A stretch of 64,000 nt of DNA from an uncultured archaeon (GTDB lineage: Archaea; Asgardarchaeota; Thorarchaeia; Thorarchaeales; Thorarchaeaceae). Positions 17,689 to 27,846 of the stretch are shown piece by piece. The notes under the pieces were generated by a model. That model saw nothing but the letters and a program-made list of their open reading frames with translations. It had not been told where the DNA came from and made no database searches. A program made the position numbers and the translations under genes. The stretch is taken from assembly GCA_964473825.1 (NCBI GenBank), contig CAYYQL010000004.1, forward strand, positions 85,127 to 149,126, written 5' to 3'. Every line of letters begins with the position of its first letter. The stretch's first letter is position 1.

Positions 17689-18414
17689 GTGGGTCTGTTG
17701 AGTCTAACCGCGAGAGACCTCCTTCACAGGATTGCAGAAGACATTGGCCTCTCATTTAGAGAACTCGCCGGATTAGTGAACGATGAGATGGCATCGGGAC
17801 GGGGGATAATGGATGCTGTTCAGAAGATACTTGTTGAGAACGAGCTTGACCCGAATGACTATAGACTCGACCCATCCAAAATAGCCAATCGAATTCTGCA
17901 CTTGCTAAGAGAGGACTATTCGCAGACACTTATGATATCTGCGGTCTTGGCCCAGCTGGTCGAGTCTCGCGATGAAGACCGTTTTCCTCCTCCGGCCTTC
18001 TTCGTTTTCCTCGAATTATTAAATTCAATTCCAGAAGCAAATCGCACCGGTAACGTGTTTTTGTCCAATGCAATCGATGAGAGGACTACTGAGATAATCG
18101 AACTTACTACTACCCTCGTGTCTATAATATGCAGCTGGTCTAAGCAGGGAATAACCGGAGTCGCTCGTGAGTGCCCAGAAGAACTCCGCAATCTTGCGAG
18201 AGTCTGTTCTCGGAAGACTCGGCTATATCAGGCCGGCCTGTGGACCTGTTTATCCTGTGGCAAGGTAGTTGATCTCAAAGAAACACGTGCATTGTTGTGT
18301 TCTGAATGTGATGCGAACATGTACGATTACTCGGAAGATGAACAGTTCCGCACATACCATGAACGAGAACGGACCGGATATGGCAAGACGAAGAAGGGAA
18401 CAGAACTGGATTGA
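17689..18414 (+). CDS. hypothetical protein with C-terminal Zn ribbon
   Basis: CLSC...CSEC. Confidence 0.65.
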   Translation: MGLLSLTARDLLHRIAEDIGLSFRELAGLVNDEMASGRGIMDAVQKILVENELDPNDYRLDPSKIANRILHLLREDYSQTLMISAVLAQLVESRDEDRFPPPAFFVFLELLNSIPEANRTGNVFLSNAIDERTTEIIELTTTLVSIICSWSKQGITGVARECPEELRNLARVCSRKTRLYQAGLWTCLSCGKVVDLKETRALLCSECDANMYDYSEDEQFRTYHERERTGYGKTKKGTELD

Positions 18415-18421
18415 CAACAAA

Positions 18422-19060
18422 TCAACCGAGTCTGATGTCTAGTCCCTTCTCAAGAAGCGCGATTGCTAGAACAACATCTTCCTCTGTGACGGTCTTGTCA
18501 TCTATCTGGAGAACGATGTCACTAGAGGGATGACCCTCAAGAAACAGTATGACGGGGTCAAGAGATGTAGGCGCAGCCAGACTAAGCAAGGGTCCAGTTA
18601 CCCCGTCGTAGTAGTCACCATATCCCAGAGGAATGTCCATTCTCTCTAATAGACGTCCTCCCTTCTTCGAGAGTACTTGCCCACACGACGCAGCATCATG
18701 GTTCATCAGTCCAAAGACAAAACGACTAGGAACGTTCCCTCTCAGGTAGAACACCAAATCTGGTATCCATTCGTGATTCCGCACGAAGACATCTCCGAAG
18801 ATTAGCATCAAATCACCTGCGGCAAGAGCATGGACAGGTACAACAGGCGGCTTCATATCTGAGGGATATCTATTCCACATTGAGAACGATGATGAATTGA
18901 AGACAAGCAGGGTTTCAAAGGAGTTGTCCTGGTAGATTCTCCGACAGACAGCCTGACCCAGAGGGTTCAGACCGAGAATTACAGAGTACTGCTCTTCGAT
19001 GTCGCCTTTCTTGTAGACCTCAAGAATGGGGCTAATCCATTCCTGTTCGTATTCTGACAT
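18422..19060 (-). CDS. hypothetical protein, possibly degenerate PAC2 (proteasome assembly chaperone) fold
   Basis: ILGLNPLGQAVCRRI...DLMLIFGD...DGVTGPLL loosely resemble PAC2 motifs. Confidence 0.45.
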   Translation of the reverse strand: MSEYEQEWISPILEVYKKGDIEEQYSVILGLNPLGQAVCRRIYQDNSFETLLVFNSSSFSMWNRYPSDMKPPVVPVHALAAGDLMLIFGDVFVRNHEWIPDLVFYLRGNVPSRFVFGLMNHDAASCGQVLSKKGGRLLERMDIPLGYGDYYDGVTGPLLSLAAPTSLDPVILFLEGHPSSDIVLQIDDKTVTEEDVVLAIALLEKGLDIRLG

Positions 19061-19234
19061 GAACTGGATCCCTGACCTATCAGCACGCCAGCTCCTAATG
19101 ACCCTTCGTATTCCGTGGATCCTTCGGAAGTTACTCACGGGCCGAATAGAGTCAGGATTGGGACGTTTCCGATTAATTTATGTGTCAGCTCGAAGCGCTC
19201 GAAGATGCCTAACACCAGATGGTGAGTGTGGTCC

Positions 19235-20581
19235 ATGGACAAATATATTGAAAGTGTAATAGAAGCAGTCAAGGTGAAAGACCCCGAGCAGAAAGTCTTT
19301 CATCAGGCTGTAACGGAAGTTTTGGAAACCTTGGAACCCGCCATCAAGAAGTTCCCCAAGTATAAGGAGAACGCTATTCTTGAACGAATCGTCGAGCCAG
19401 AACGTGTCATTCTCTTTCGCGTTCCATGGGTAGACGACGAGGGCGAGGTCCACGTTAATAGAGGTTACAGAGTTCAGTTCAATTCGGCAATCGGCCCTTA
19501 CAAGGGTGGACTTCGTTTCCATCCAACTGTAAACCTGGGAGTTCTTAAGTTCCTCGGCTTTGAGCAGATATTCAAGAATAGCTTGACGGGATTACCGATG
19601 GGTGGTGGCAAAGGCGGTTCTGACTTCGATCCAAAGGGCAAGTCCGACTCAGAAGTAAGAATCTTCTGTCATAGTCTCATGCTTGAATTGAACAAGCATA
19701 TCGGCCAATTCACAGATGTTCCTGCGGGCGATATCGGCGTTGGTGCGCGTGAGATCGGATACCTTTACGGCATGTACAGAAAGGTAACGAACAAGCACGG
19801 GACTTGCGTTCTAACCGGTAAGGGTCGAAACTATGGAGGGTCTCTAATCAGACCTGAAGCGACAGGTTACGGAACTGTGTACTTCGTTAACGAGATGCTC
19901 ATGACGAAGGGCGATGACCTCAATGGCAAAGTCGTCACAATATCTGGTGCGGGCAATGTTGCACAGTACGCAGCAGAGAAGTGCATCCATCTTGGCGCAA
20001 AGGTCATCACGATGAGTGACTCTGATGGCAACATCTATGATCCCGATGGTATTGACCGGGAGAAACTGGACTGGATTATGGAGCTCAAGAATGTTCGTAG
20101 GGGGCGTATAAAGGAGTATGCCGAGGAGTTCGATGTTGAGTTCAACCCTCAGAGCAGCCCCTGGGGCCGCAAATGTGACATCGCCTTGCCTTGTGCTACC
20201 CAGAACGAAGTAGACAAAGATGAGGCCATGGCCTTGGTTGATAATGGCGCCATCGCAATTGGTGAGGGAGCAAACATGCCGCTGACACCTGCAGCCATTG
20301 AGATTGTGCAGGAAGCGGATGTACTGTATGCACCTGGCAAGGCTGCCAATGCTGGCGGCGTGTCAGTATCAGGGCTCGAGATGGCTCAGAACAGTATGCG
20401 CTACTTCTGGTCTCGTGAGGAGGTCGATCAGAAATTGCATCAGATCATGGTGAATATCCACCAGACCGCCTACGATACTGCAAAGATGTTTGGCCAACCA
20501 GGTAATTATATGCTCGGCGCAAACATAGCTGGTTTCCTGAAGGTTGCTGATGCTATGATTGCCCAGAGCTATCTGATGTGA
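19235..20581 (+). CDS. gdhA: NADP-specific glutamate dehydrogenase
   Basis: GPYKGGLRFHP, GGGKGGSDFDPK, DVPAGDIGVG, RPEATGYG, GKAANAGGV. Confidence 0.97.
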   Translation: MDKYIESVIEAVKVKDPEQKVFHQAVTEVLETLEPAIKKFPKYKENAILERIVEPERVILFRVPWVDDEGEVHVNRGYRVQFNSAIGPYKGGLRFHPTVNLGVLKFLGFEQIFKNSLTGLPMGGGKGGSDFDPKGKSDSEVRIFCHSLMLELNKHIGQFTDVPAGDIGVGAREIGYLYGMYRKVTNKHGTCVLTGKGRNYGGSLIRPEATGYGTVYFVNEMLMTKGDDLNGKVVTISGAGNVAQYAAEKCIHLGAKVITMSDSDGNIYDPDGIDREKLDWIMELKNVRRGRIKEYAEEFDVEFNPQSSPWGRKCDIALPCATQNEVDKDEAMALVDNGAIAIGEGANMPLTPAAIEIVQEADVLYAPGKAANAGGVSVSGLEMAQNSMRYFWSREEVDQKLHQIMVNIHQTAYDTAKMFGQPGNYMLGANIAGFLKVADAMIAQSYLM

Positions 20582-20593
20582 GAAAACAGGACT

Positions 20594-20611
20594 GAGACCC
20601 ATTGGGGTCTC
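20594..20611. terminator. hairpin between convergent genes
   Basis: GAGACCC-ATTG-GGGTCTC followed by a pyrimidine tract. Confidence 0.55.
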
Positions 20612-20648
20612 TTCCTCCTGCTTTGTTTCCGCTCTCGGAAACCCGCTT

Positions 20649-21251
20649 CTATTTCTTTATGATGTCAAGAAGTTCTCCAAGCCTACCCTTGACATCGGTT
20701 TCCAGTGTCCTGAGCTCTGCAAGCCGGCGAATCTGGTCAACTCGTGCCTTTCTGTAATCTACATCAGAAACCTTTCCGTTTCTTCGCCTAATCTCCAGTT
20801 CATCCATCTCTGATGTGATCTCTCTCCGCTTGTCCATGATAAGATCGAAACCTTGTTTCAGTGACATCCATTCAATCATCGCATGGGCCTTTTCTTGCTC
20901 GATTCTTTCTCTTCGTCTTCTCTCGTTCTCTTGTTCCTTGAGCCGCTTGTTGGCGTTTCTAATCTCGCGTTGTATATTATAGAGCCGCGCCTCAACCTCT
21001 CGCTTGACTTGGACCATCTGGGTGGACTGTAACCATTTCTCGCGGTACTTCTCGTTGTGCTCTTTATCGGATATCTTCTTCTTCTCAAGCTGGCTATCCA
21101 GCTCATTGAGCTCGTCTTGGACAGCAGACAGATTCTCTTGGATCTCCTTGTAGGACCTTCTCAGGGCTACCCATTCAACAGAGTACTGTGAAAGCACTTC
21201 TTTCGGATCAAGGTAGAGGTAGTCATCGGGAACATCTTGACCATGACTCAT
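20649..21251 (-). CDS. CdvA-like coiled-coil protein
   Basis: Two repeats, LDSQLEKKKISDKEH and LEIRRRNGKVSDVDY, separated by coiled coil. Confidence 0.6.
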   Translation of the reverse strand: MSHGQDVPDDYLYLDPKEVLSQYSVEWVALRRSYKEIQENLSAVQDELNELDSQLEKKKISDKEHNEKYREKWLQSTQMVQVKREVEARLYNIQREIRNANKRLKEQENERRRRERIEQEKAHAMIEWMSLKQGFDLIMDKRREITSEMDELEIRRRNGKVSDVDYRKARVDQIRRLAELRTLETDVKGRLGELLDIIKK

Positions 21252-21404
21252 TGTCGCTGTTCTCCAGTCATTTCAACAAGTCCTTTCTGTTGGTATTAAG
21301 GTATTCTCATCCGGACATGGAACTGAATCTCGGTGTTTCAACAGCGACGTTCCGTGTCGCAAGACCTAAGAATCCGTTTGTTGGTGAAAGTCAAGTGAAA
21401 GGCA

Positions 21405-22472
21405 ATGCACTTGAAGATAGAGCGCGCATCAGATGATGAACTCAAGGAGAAGCCACCAGATCCAATGAACCTGCCTTTTGGGTCTGTCTTCACTGACCAT
21501 CTGCTTATCATGGAATATTCTGACGGGAAGTGGCACCAGCTCAGAATTGAACCTTATCACTCGCTACAACTTGACCCTGCAGCCATGGTTCTACACTATG
21601 GCCAAGGAATCTTTGAGGGAATGAAGGCATATCGAAGGGATAATGAGATCTACCTCTTCCGTCCAGAAATGAACTTGAAGCGTCTCAATTCATCTGCTGA
21701 GAGAATGGTCATTCCGCCCGTCGACACAGAAAGAGTGCTTGAAGCAATGAGGGAGCTGCTCCGCGTTGAGCGGGAATGGATTCCAGAAGAGAAGGGAACC
21801 TCCCTCTACATGAGGCCGACAATAATAGCAAGCGAGCCTAAGTTAGGGGTTCGTCCGTCTCATGAGTACTTCTTCTACGTCATCCTGAGTCCTGCTGGAC
21901 CCTATTTCAGAGAGGGGTTCAATCCGATAAGCGTGATGGTTTCACAGGAATATGTACGGGCAGTACGAGGCGGAGTTGGACATGCCAAGACAATGGGCAA
22001 CTACGCGGCAAGCCTTTTTGCAAACATGAAATCCACCAAGGCCGGCTTCTCGCAGACTCTCTATCTCGACGCCATCGAACGGAAGTACATCGAGGAATGT
22101 GGAACGATGAATGTGTTTGTGCGATTTGAGGACGAACTTGCAACCCCCCCTCTAAATGACACAATCCTTCCAGGAATTACACGGGACTCGGTAATCCAGC
22201 TTGGAGAAGAATGGGGATACAAAGTGAGTGAAAGAAGAATATCAATTCATGAAATCATCGATGGGATCAAGACAGGAAGAGTGCTTGAAGTTTTTGGCAC
22301 AGGGACTGCTGCCATAATCGCTCCAATCGGAGTCATCGGTTACAATGGAGAGAAGTATCAAGTGGGAAAGGGAGATGTTGGAAACCTTTCTCGACGCCTT
22401 TTCGATGAGATCACGGGACTGCAAAGAGGGCTGGTGGAGGATAGGCATGGCTGGGTGGAGAACTTCACCTAG
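21405..22472 (+). CDS. ilvE: branched-chain amino acid aminotransferase
   Basis: LHYGQGIFEGMKAY, LFRP, AKTMGNY, IEECGTMN, ILPGITRDS, GTAA. Confidence 0.95.
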   Translation: MHLKIERASDDELKEKPPDPMNLPFGSVFTDHLLIMEYSDGKWHQLRIEPYHSLQLDPAAMVLHYGQGIFEGMKAYRRDNEIYLFRPEMNLKRLNSSAERMVIPPVDTERVLEAMRELLRVEREWIPEEKGTSLYMRPTIIASEPKLGVRPSHEYFFYVILSPAGPYFREGFNPISVMVSQEYVRAVRGGVGHAKTMGNYAASLFANMKSTKAGFSQTLYLDAIERKYIEECGTMNVFVRFEDELATPPLNDTILPGITRDSVIQLGEEWGYKVSERRISIHEIIDGIKTGRVLEVFGTGTAAIIAPIGVIGYNGEKYQVGKGDVGNLSRRLFDEITGLQRGLVEDRHGWVENFT

Positions 22473-22543
22473 ATGAGCGGCCTCTCAATGACCTCTTTAG
22501 TAACCTTTTTTGCGTGTAAGTAAGATGACAGCAGGTCTGCGAG

Positions 22544-23041
22544 GTGCCATATTTGGCAAAACAACTCATAGTTGATTATACAAAATGCACAGGCTGTCGC
22601 ATCTGCGAGCTTGCATGCTCTGCAAAGCAAGAAGGTGTTTTCCAGCCGAGCTTGGCCCGACTGAAGATTGTGAAATATGATGACTTAGGCATTGATGTGC
22701 CCAATGTCTGCGGGCCCTGTGAGGCGGCACCGTGTGTAGATGTCTGTCCTGTCTACGCGATGCGACGTGATCCAATCACAAAGATGGTCTACCTCGATGA
22801 AGACAAATGCATCTTGTGCAAGTCGTGTGTTGGTGTGTGTGTGAATGGCGTGATACGATTGGACACCGGGTCTATGAGGATTATCAAGTGCAATCATTGT
22901 GACGGTGATCCTGAGTGTGTCAAGATGTGCCCCACGCACGCGATTACCTATGGAACACCTTCCCAGTCTGCAGTTGCAGACCGTCATGAGAAGATGGCAA
23001 AATACCTGAACGAGGTCAGAAGAACTGCTGAGGCGCAGTAA
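22544..23041 (+). CDS. 4x[4Fe-4S] ferredoxin-like subunit
   Basis: CTGCRICELAC, CGPCEAAPCVDVCP, CILCKSCVGVC, KCNHC..PECVKMCP. Confidence 0.92.
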   Translation: MPYLAKQLIVDYTKCTGCRICELACSAKQEGVFQPSLARLKIVKYDDLGIDVPNVCGPCEAAPCVDVCPVYAMRRDPITKMVYLDEDKCILCKSCVGVCVNGVIRLDTGSMRIIKCNHCDGDPECVKMCPTHAITYGTPSQSAVADRHEKMAKYLNEVRRTAEAQ

Positions 23042-23056
23042 TGCTGGAGGCTTTGA

Positions 23057-24949
23057 ATGCAACTAGGTGGATATCAGGGCCGAATCCTTCGCGTGAATCT
23101 GAGTGAAGAGAGAGTCTGGGTAGAGAACCTGCCTAAAGACTGGATTGAAGACTATATCGGTGGTGATGGCTTCGCAGCTCGTCTGCTCTACGAAGAAGTT
23201 CCGGGCAGAACGGACCCCCTCTCTCCCGATAACAAGCTGATAATCGCAACGGGCCCGATAACTGGAACGCTATGGCCCATGAGTGGGCGGACAGTGTTCG
23301 TGTCAAAGGCTGCACAGACTGGCATTTGGGGTGAGAGTCATGTTGGCGGTTTCCTGGGTCCAGAGCTGAAATACGCAGGTTATGACTTGCTTGTTGTAGA
23401 AGGTGCCGCCGAGAAGCCTGTCTATATCACAGTTGAGGACTCCTTGACTGAGATAAGAAGCGCGGACGAGTTCTGGGGGATGAAGACTGATGAAGCAACA
23501 GAGGCCATCAAGAAACACCACAGGGACTCGGACATGCAGGTCGCGGCCATCGGCCCTGCGGGAGAGAAGCAGGTCAGGTTCTCCTCAATCATTGTGAATC
23601 ATGCAAGGGCCGCCGGTCGAAGCGGGATGGGTGCTGTACTTGGTTCGAAGAATGTGAAGGCTATCGGAATCCGCGGTCATGGCAGGGTGAGTGTTGCCCA
23701 TCATGATGAATTCGTGGAGCTGGCCAAGAAGGCTCACAACCGAGTGAGAACGAACCCTCAGGCTCAGGAGATGCATCGGTGGGGGACCTGGATTCTTACG
23801 GCGGTCAAGCAAGAAATAGGCGAGCTGCCCACCTTCAATCATAGGACTGGGGTCTTTGAGGGATGGGAAAGTCTTAGTGGGGACCACATTCGCCCTCGGT
23901 ATACGGTTTCGGACCGGGCCTGTTTCGGTTGCAGTCTGGGATGCAAGAAGGTGAACTATGTTCGGTCTGGTCGTTATGCCGGCACACTGGAAGAGGGTCC
24001 AGAATATGAGGGACTGATGGCATCTGGAAGTCTTCTGGGTATCTCGGATTATCCCACAACTCTGAAGGCTAATGAGATATGTAACCAGTATGGGATGGAT
24101 ATAATCTCCGCAGGGGCGACTATTGCATTTGCAATAGAGGCCTTTGAAGAAGGACTCATTGATGTCAATACCACAGGAGGGCTTGAGCTGAGATGGGGGG
24201 ATTCGGAAACGGTCATCAGACTTCTAGAGATGATAGGACGAAGGGAGGGATTCGGGAAGACGCTCTCCCTTGGTTCGAAACGTGCAGCCGAAGAGATTGG
24301 TGGTGGAACCGAACGTTATGCGATGCATGTCAAGGGTCTTGAGATATCTGGCCAAGATGGCCGTACGCATAGAAGCATAGGTCTAGCTCATGCTACAGGT
24401 GCTAGAGGTGCAGATCACCTGAGAAGTCTTGTCACAGTAGATCAACTTGGATATGAGGACGTTGCCGCCGAGCGGTGGGGCGCCGACAAGCTGCCAGAGA
24501 TCATCAATCCTTACACTGAGAAGTACAAGGCTGCAGCTGTTGTTGAGACCGAAAACGCGTACTGCTTGCGCGACACACTCATCGTTTGCTGGTATTCGGT
24601 ATCTTGGCCGCCTATCTTCTGGGTAGAGGATTTTGCTGAGGTGCTACCTCTCGCCACAGGAATCGAGTCTCTGGGAGATATTGGTCATCTGACAGAGATT
24701 GCTGAACGCCAAGTCACACTCAAGAGGCTCTTCAATGCCAGAGAGGGAATAACACGGGAGGATGATGCCTTACCGGACCGGTTCACAAAGACACCAATGC
24801 CCGAGGGGCCAGGAAAGGGAGAGATGGTAAATCTTGACCCTATGTTAGATGATTACTATAGGCTGAGAGGCTGGGACCGTGAAACGGGTCTTCCAACTGA
24901 TGAGACCATCGACCGACTAGGTCTATCATGGACCAGAGAGTATCGATAG
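23057..24949 (+). CDS. aor: aldehyde:ferredoxin oxidoreductase (W/Mo, AOR family)
   Basis: IGPAGE, AGRSGMGAVLGSKN, CFGCSLGC, EGPEYE, KGLE, RGADH. Confidence 0.92.
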   Translation: MQLGGYQGRILRVNLSEERVWVENLPKDWIEDYIGGDGFAARLLYEEVPGRTDPLSPDNKLIIATGPITGTLWPMSGRTVFVSKAAQTGIWGESHVGGFLGPELKYAGYDLLVVEGAAEKPVYITVEDSLTEIRSADEFWGMKTDEATEAIKKHHRDSDMQVAAIGPAGEKQVRFSSIIVNHARAAGRSGMGAVLGSKNVKAIGIRGHGRVSVAHHDEFVELAKKAHNRVRTNPQAQEMHRWGTWILTAVKQEIGELPTFNHRTGVFEGWESLSGDHIRPRYTVSDRACFGCSLGCKKVNYVRSGRYAGTLEEGPEYEGLMASGSLLGISDYPTTLKANEICNQYGMDIISAGATIAFAIEAFEEGLIDVNTTGGLELRWGDSETVIRLLEMIGRREGFGKTLSLGSKRAAEEIGGGTERYAMHVKGLEISGQDGRTHRSIGLAHATGARGADHLRSLVTVDQLGYEDVAAERWGADKLPEIINPYTEKYKAAAVVETENAYCLRDTLIVCWYSVSWPPIFWVEDFAEVLPLATGIESLGDIGHLTEIAERQVTLKRLFNAREGITREDDALPDRFTKTPMPEGPGKGEMVNLDPMLDDYYRLRGWDRETGLPTDETIDRLGLSWTREYR

Positions 24950-24958
24950 GGCCGCCCC

Positions 24959-25915
24959 TCAGAATCTTTCGTACTCAACACGGTGGGTCGATCCGCACGA
25001 TGGACAGGCATATTGATCAGGCCCAGTCCAGTCTATAGATTCCCAAGACATTGGTGCATTGCAGTTTGTACACCTATCTCTTATCACTGGTTTTACGTAA
25101 ACGGTCGTTCCAGGGCTAGAAGATGCTGCTGCCTGGAAGTCTTGGTGACTCTCTTTTGCAACCTGCGATGGGCCCTCCGCCATGTCGCTATAGGTATACT
25201 GCGATAAGGGATGGCGTGGCTGAATATAGCTGAACGGTCTGATTAGCCAGTCCAGATGTTCCTTTGGGACATTGTTCCACAAACGTTGCTGCCACAATTT
25301 CAGAAGATGATCCTGCCTCGGAACCTTTCCTCGGATATCAAATTTACCACTGGTCGCTTGGATTTTGAGTCGATCTCTCTTCGCTTCGAAAGTCTCCACC
25401 ATGTGCAATGGAAACATATACAGTTTCTTACGCTTGGAGTCATACTGGTAGAGTCGGTAGTTGGTTAGAATGAAACTGTCTGGCCAATAGGTGAAAACTT
25501 CCTCTCCCTTCAGCCAAGCGAACTCTTTGTAGAAGTGCTTTGAGAATGGACGGTGGTAGCCAACTGTTATCCAACGATTATAGGGGTGGTCGGGGTGGAC
25601 GAAAGGCACGCCGCATACTTCGCACAGCTTCCTCTGGTCGCCCATCCTAAGCTTATCGAACTCCCTGAGCCCGAGAGCTCCTCTGATTTCATCGCTCCGG
25701 GGCATGGCCCCTATCACATTCACAATCCCATTGATGACTTTGAACATGGCTGACTTCGGCGTCAACTTGTACTCTGTAATCATATGTAGAGGTATACTCG
25801 TGCTGGTTCCCGAACCTCTATCATTCTGGATGTATCTGAAGTTGCTGATGATGTATTCACTGCTCTCAGCGATAATACGCTCGCCTTCTATGGGTATGTA
25901 GACTAGATTTGGCAA
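24959..25915 (-). CDS. protein with two PH/GRAM-like repeats and C-terminal Zn ribbon
   Basis: Internal repeat GE..(I)ISNFR..PLHM..G.PR.D; CTNC...CPSC. Confidence 0.6.
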   Translation of the reverse strand: MPNLVYIPIEGERIIAESSEYIISNFRYIQNDRGSGTSTSIPLHMITEYKLTPKSAMFKVINGIVNVIGAMPRSDEIRGALGLREFDKLRMGDQRKLCEVCGVPFVHPDHPYNRWITVGYHRPFSKHFYKEFAWLKGEEVFTYWPDSFILTNYRLYQYDSKRKKLYMFPLHMVETFEAKRDRLKIQATSGKFDIRGKVPRQDHLLKLWQQRLWNNVPKEHLDWLIRPFSYIQPRHPLSQYTYSDMAEGPSQVAKESHQDFQAAASSSPGTTVYVKPVIRDRCTNCNAPMSWESIDWTGPDQYACPSCGSTHRVEYERF

Positions 25916-25991
25916 CTTGGGATGCTCCAGACTTCTTTATTCAATCATGTTCTAGCTGTAGGAGAGGCCTATAAAGATTCATGGTGAGTCT

Positions 25992-26207
25992 TCACTGTTG
26001 TCTTGGAATCGATATGTATAGAATGTCCTCATAGGCAAGAATACCGTATCCTGATGGATTCTCTAGCTTGACATAGTCCTCATCGATTTCACTGACTCGT
26101 ACATTGGGTATCTTGGCGAGTGTATCCTTTTGCATATACTTGAGATAGATTGTGAAAGTCTGTCCCTTGCTCTTCAGATCTTGAAATATAGACATCCAGT
26201 TAGGCAT
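25992..26207 (-). CDS. small protein, possible Sm-like fold
   Basis: Helix followed by beta strands (VSEIDEDYVKLE...ILAYEDILYISI). Confidence 0.5.
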   Translation of the reverse strand: MPNWMSIFQDLKSKGQTFTIYLKYMQKDTLAKIPNVRVSEIDEDYVKLENPSGYGILAYEDILYISIPRQQ

Positions 26208-26250
26208 TCGTGTGGTCCTCCAGTTTTGTCTAATGCGTGAGTTTTTCCAT

Positions 26251-26724
26251 TTAACACTTGCCTAAGATGGCGTCGGCGTGACTGACAACAACGCCTGTGA
26301 TTCCCAGACCCTCCAGGATAAGTAGCAGCTCCTTCTGAACGTCGCCTCCATCCAAGTATCTGAAGAGGTGTGTAGCACATCCTGTTCGACAGTCCGATGA
26401 TCCGAACCCAACTGGTCCCTTTTCGAATTGAGATTGTTGTCCGATTGCTTGAGCAAGAACACACTCGGTTTTCTCTTCAGTCTCTGAATAGATCGCGAAG
26501 CTTGGCAGCAATCCACCGTCGAGGAGGTAATCGATATGCCAATGCGTCTTCTTGTTCCTGGAGAAATGGCGTGCTATTCTTTTTTCGATACTTGTGGAAC
26601 CTGCGCCCATTGCCGACCCGACGTAGACCCAAAATCCTTCCTGGAATTCATGAGGGCCAAGTGCCCCAACATCTCTGAGCGTGGTTTCTTTGATGTGCAT
26701 TACTAAGAGATAGACGCCCCTCAT
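26251..26724 (-). CDS. GIY-YIG nuclease family (DUF123/Uri)
   Basis: RGVYLL...YVGSA...RH...HWHIDYLL...EC...GFGSSDC..C.THL. Confidence 0.9.
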   Translation of the reverse strand: MRGVYLLVMHIKETTLRDVGALGPHEFQEGFWVYVGSAMGAGSTSIEKRIARHFSRNKKTHWHIDYLLDGGLLPSFAIYSETEEKTECVLAQAIGQQSQFEKGPVGFGSSDCRTGCATHLFRYLDGGDVQKELLLILEGLGITGVVVSHADAILGKC

Positions 26725-27764
26725 ACACGATACTCTCCTTTGTCATTGTGGTTGTGCAATATCGGTTTCAAGATGGATTTGACGTACTGAATTGATTGCC
26801 CTGGCGTAAGCACGTTTGCTTGAGTTTCTCTAAGGACGCGGTAGATTGACGGTCGTATTCCCTTCCAACCCTTTTCGTGAATGCATCGAACAAGCGAGCA
26901 GCCGAATCGTATCGGTTCTGCTTTGAAACCCTTCTTCTTGCATAGCAATCGTGTGTTGTACTTTGTCAGAGCAAGTGCTGCAGGAAGATGAACCAACAAC
27001 ATCCCATCTCTCCAAACAAGCGACTGCCGTCCGGTCGGTAAGAGCTCTCCAGTCACCAATGTATCAAGACCATGAATCTTCGCTGCCTCTAGGGCTTCGC
27101 TGATAATCAGGCCATGGCAATCCCCACAAGGATGGATTCTGCCCTCCAGTGTCCGTTCGATTACCTCTCGAAACTCCGAGGAGCCCTTGACCACTACTTG
27201 CCTGCAGTCAAGCCCTCTGCAAATATCTGATGCGCGGCGTTGGGAAAGGTCGTTCTCATGCTCTTCTAACAGCTCAACAGTGACTCCTACTGGTCTAAGC
27301 CCCATCTCTTTAAGCAGAATCATGGTTGCACAGCTGTCCACTCCACCCGAGAGAGCAACGGCGGGTGTTGATCCTTTAAGCGTGGGAAAACCGTAAACCT
27401 GCTCCCTCTCCAGGCGTTTCTCAATCGCTTCTTTGAGGCGGTGCAGAAAGGCCTTGTGATTCGCGCTCAAGTCTTTCCAGATTTCCTCAATTCTCACCAT
27501 GGTTGTGTGCAATCTGTGTCTATGGATAATTTCATCCTCTATTGCCACAACAGTGATATGTTTCTGCAACTCCTGAGCAAGCCGAGCGACGATACTGCCG
27601 CCTGGTCCCAGGCACATGCTTTTCTCTGCCCTATCGGGTACAACTATCTCGATGGCATCAGATTCTCGAGTTCTGATGGCTGAGATTCTTGGTTGGACTC
27701 CTCTATCTAGATCCTGCTCTTCTCGTATCCTTACAAGCGATTCTTCTATTGACTCGACATCCAT
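26721..27764 (-). CDS. KH-like + PP-loop ATPase (putative RNA-modifying enzyme)
   Basis: PDRAEKS..LGPGG, VALSGGVDS, HPCGDCH, GC. Confidence 0.8.
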   Translation of the reverse strand: MDVESIEESLVRIREEQDLDRGVQPRISAIRTRESDAIEIVVPDRAEKSMCLGPGGSIVARLAQELQKHITVVAIEDEIIHRHRLHTTMVRIEEIWKDLSANHKAFLHRLKEAIEKRLEREQVYGFPTLKGSTPAVALSGGVDSCATMILLKEMGLRPVGVTVELLEEHENDLSQRRASDICRGLDCRQVVVKGSSEFREVIERTLEGRIHPCGDCHGLIISEALEAAKIHGLDTLVTGELLPTGRQSLVWRDGMLLVHLPAALALTKYNTRLLCKKKGFKAEPIRFGCSLVRCIHEKGWKGIRPSIYRVLRETQANVLTPGQSIQYVKSILKPILHNHNDKGEYRV

Positions 27765-27846
27765 GGTCTAATCTAGGATTTCTCTTTCATAAGGCTCACT
27801 GATTGCCGATATCATCATAAGCATTGGCTAATATCTATCGATAGCG

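Noticed and set aside
26251-26724. GIY-YIG gene as a homing endonuclease or mobile element
   Set aside because: Motifs match the widespread stand-alone archaeal DUF123 family; no intron or intein context.
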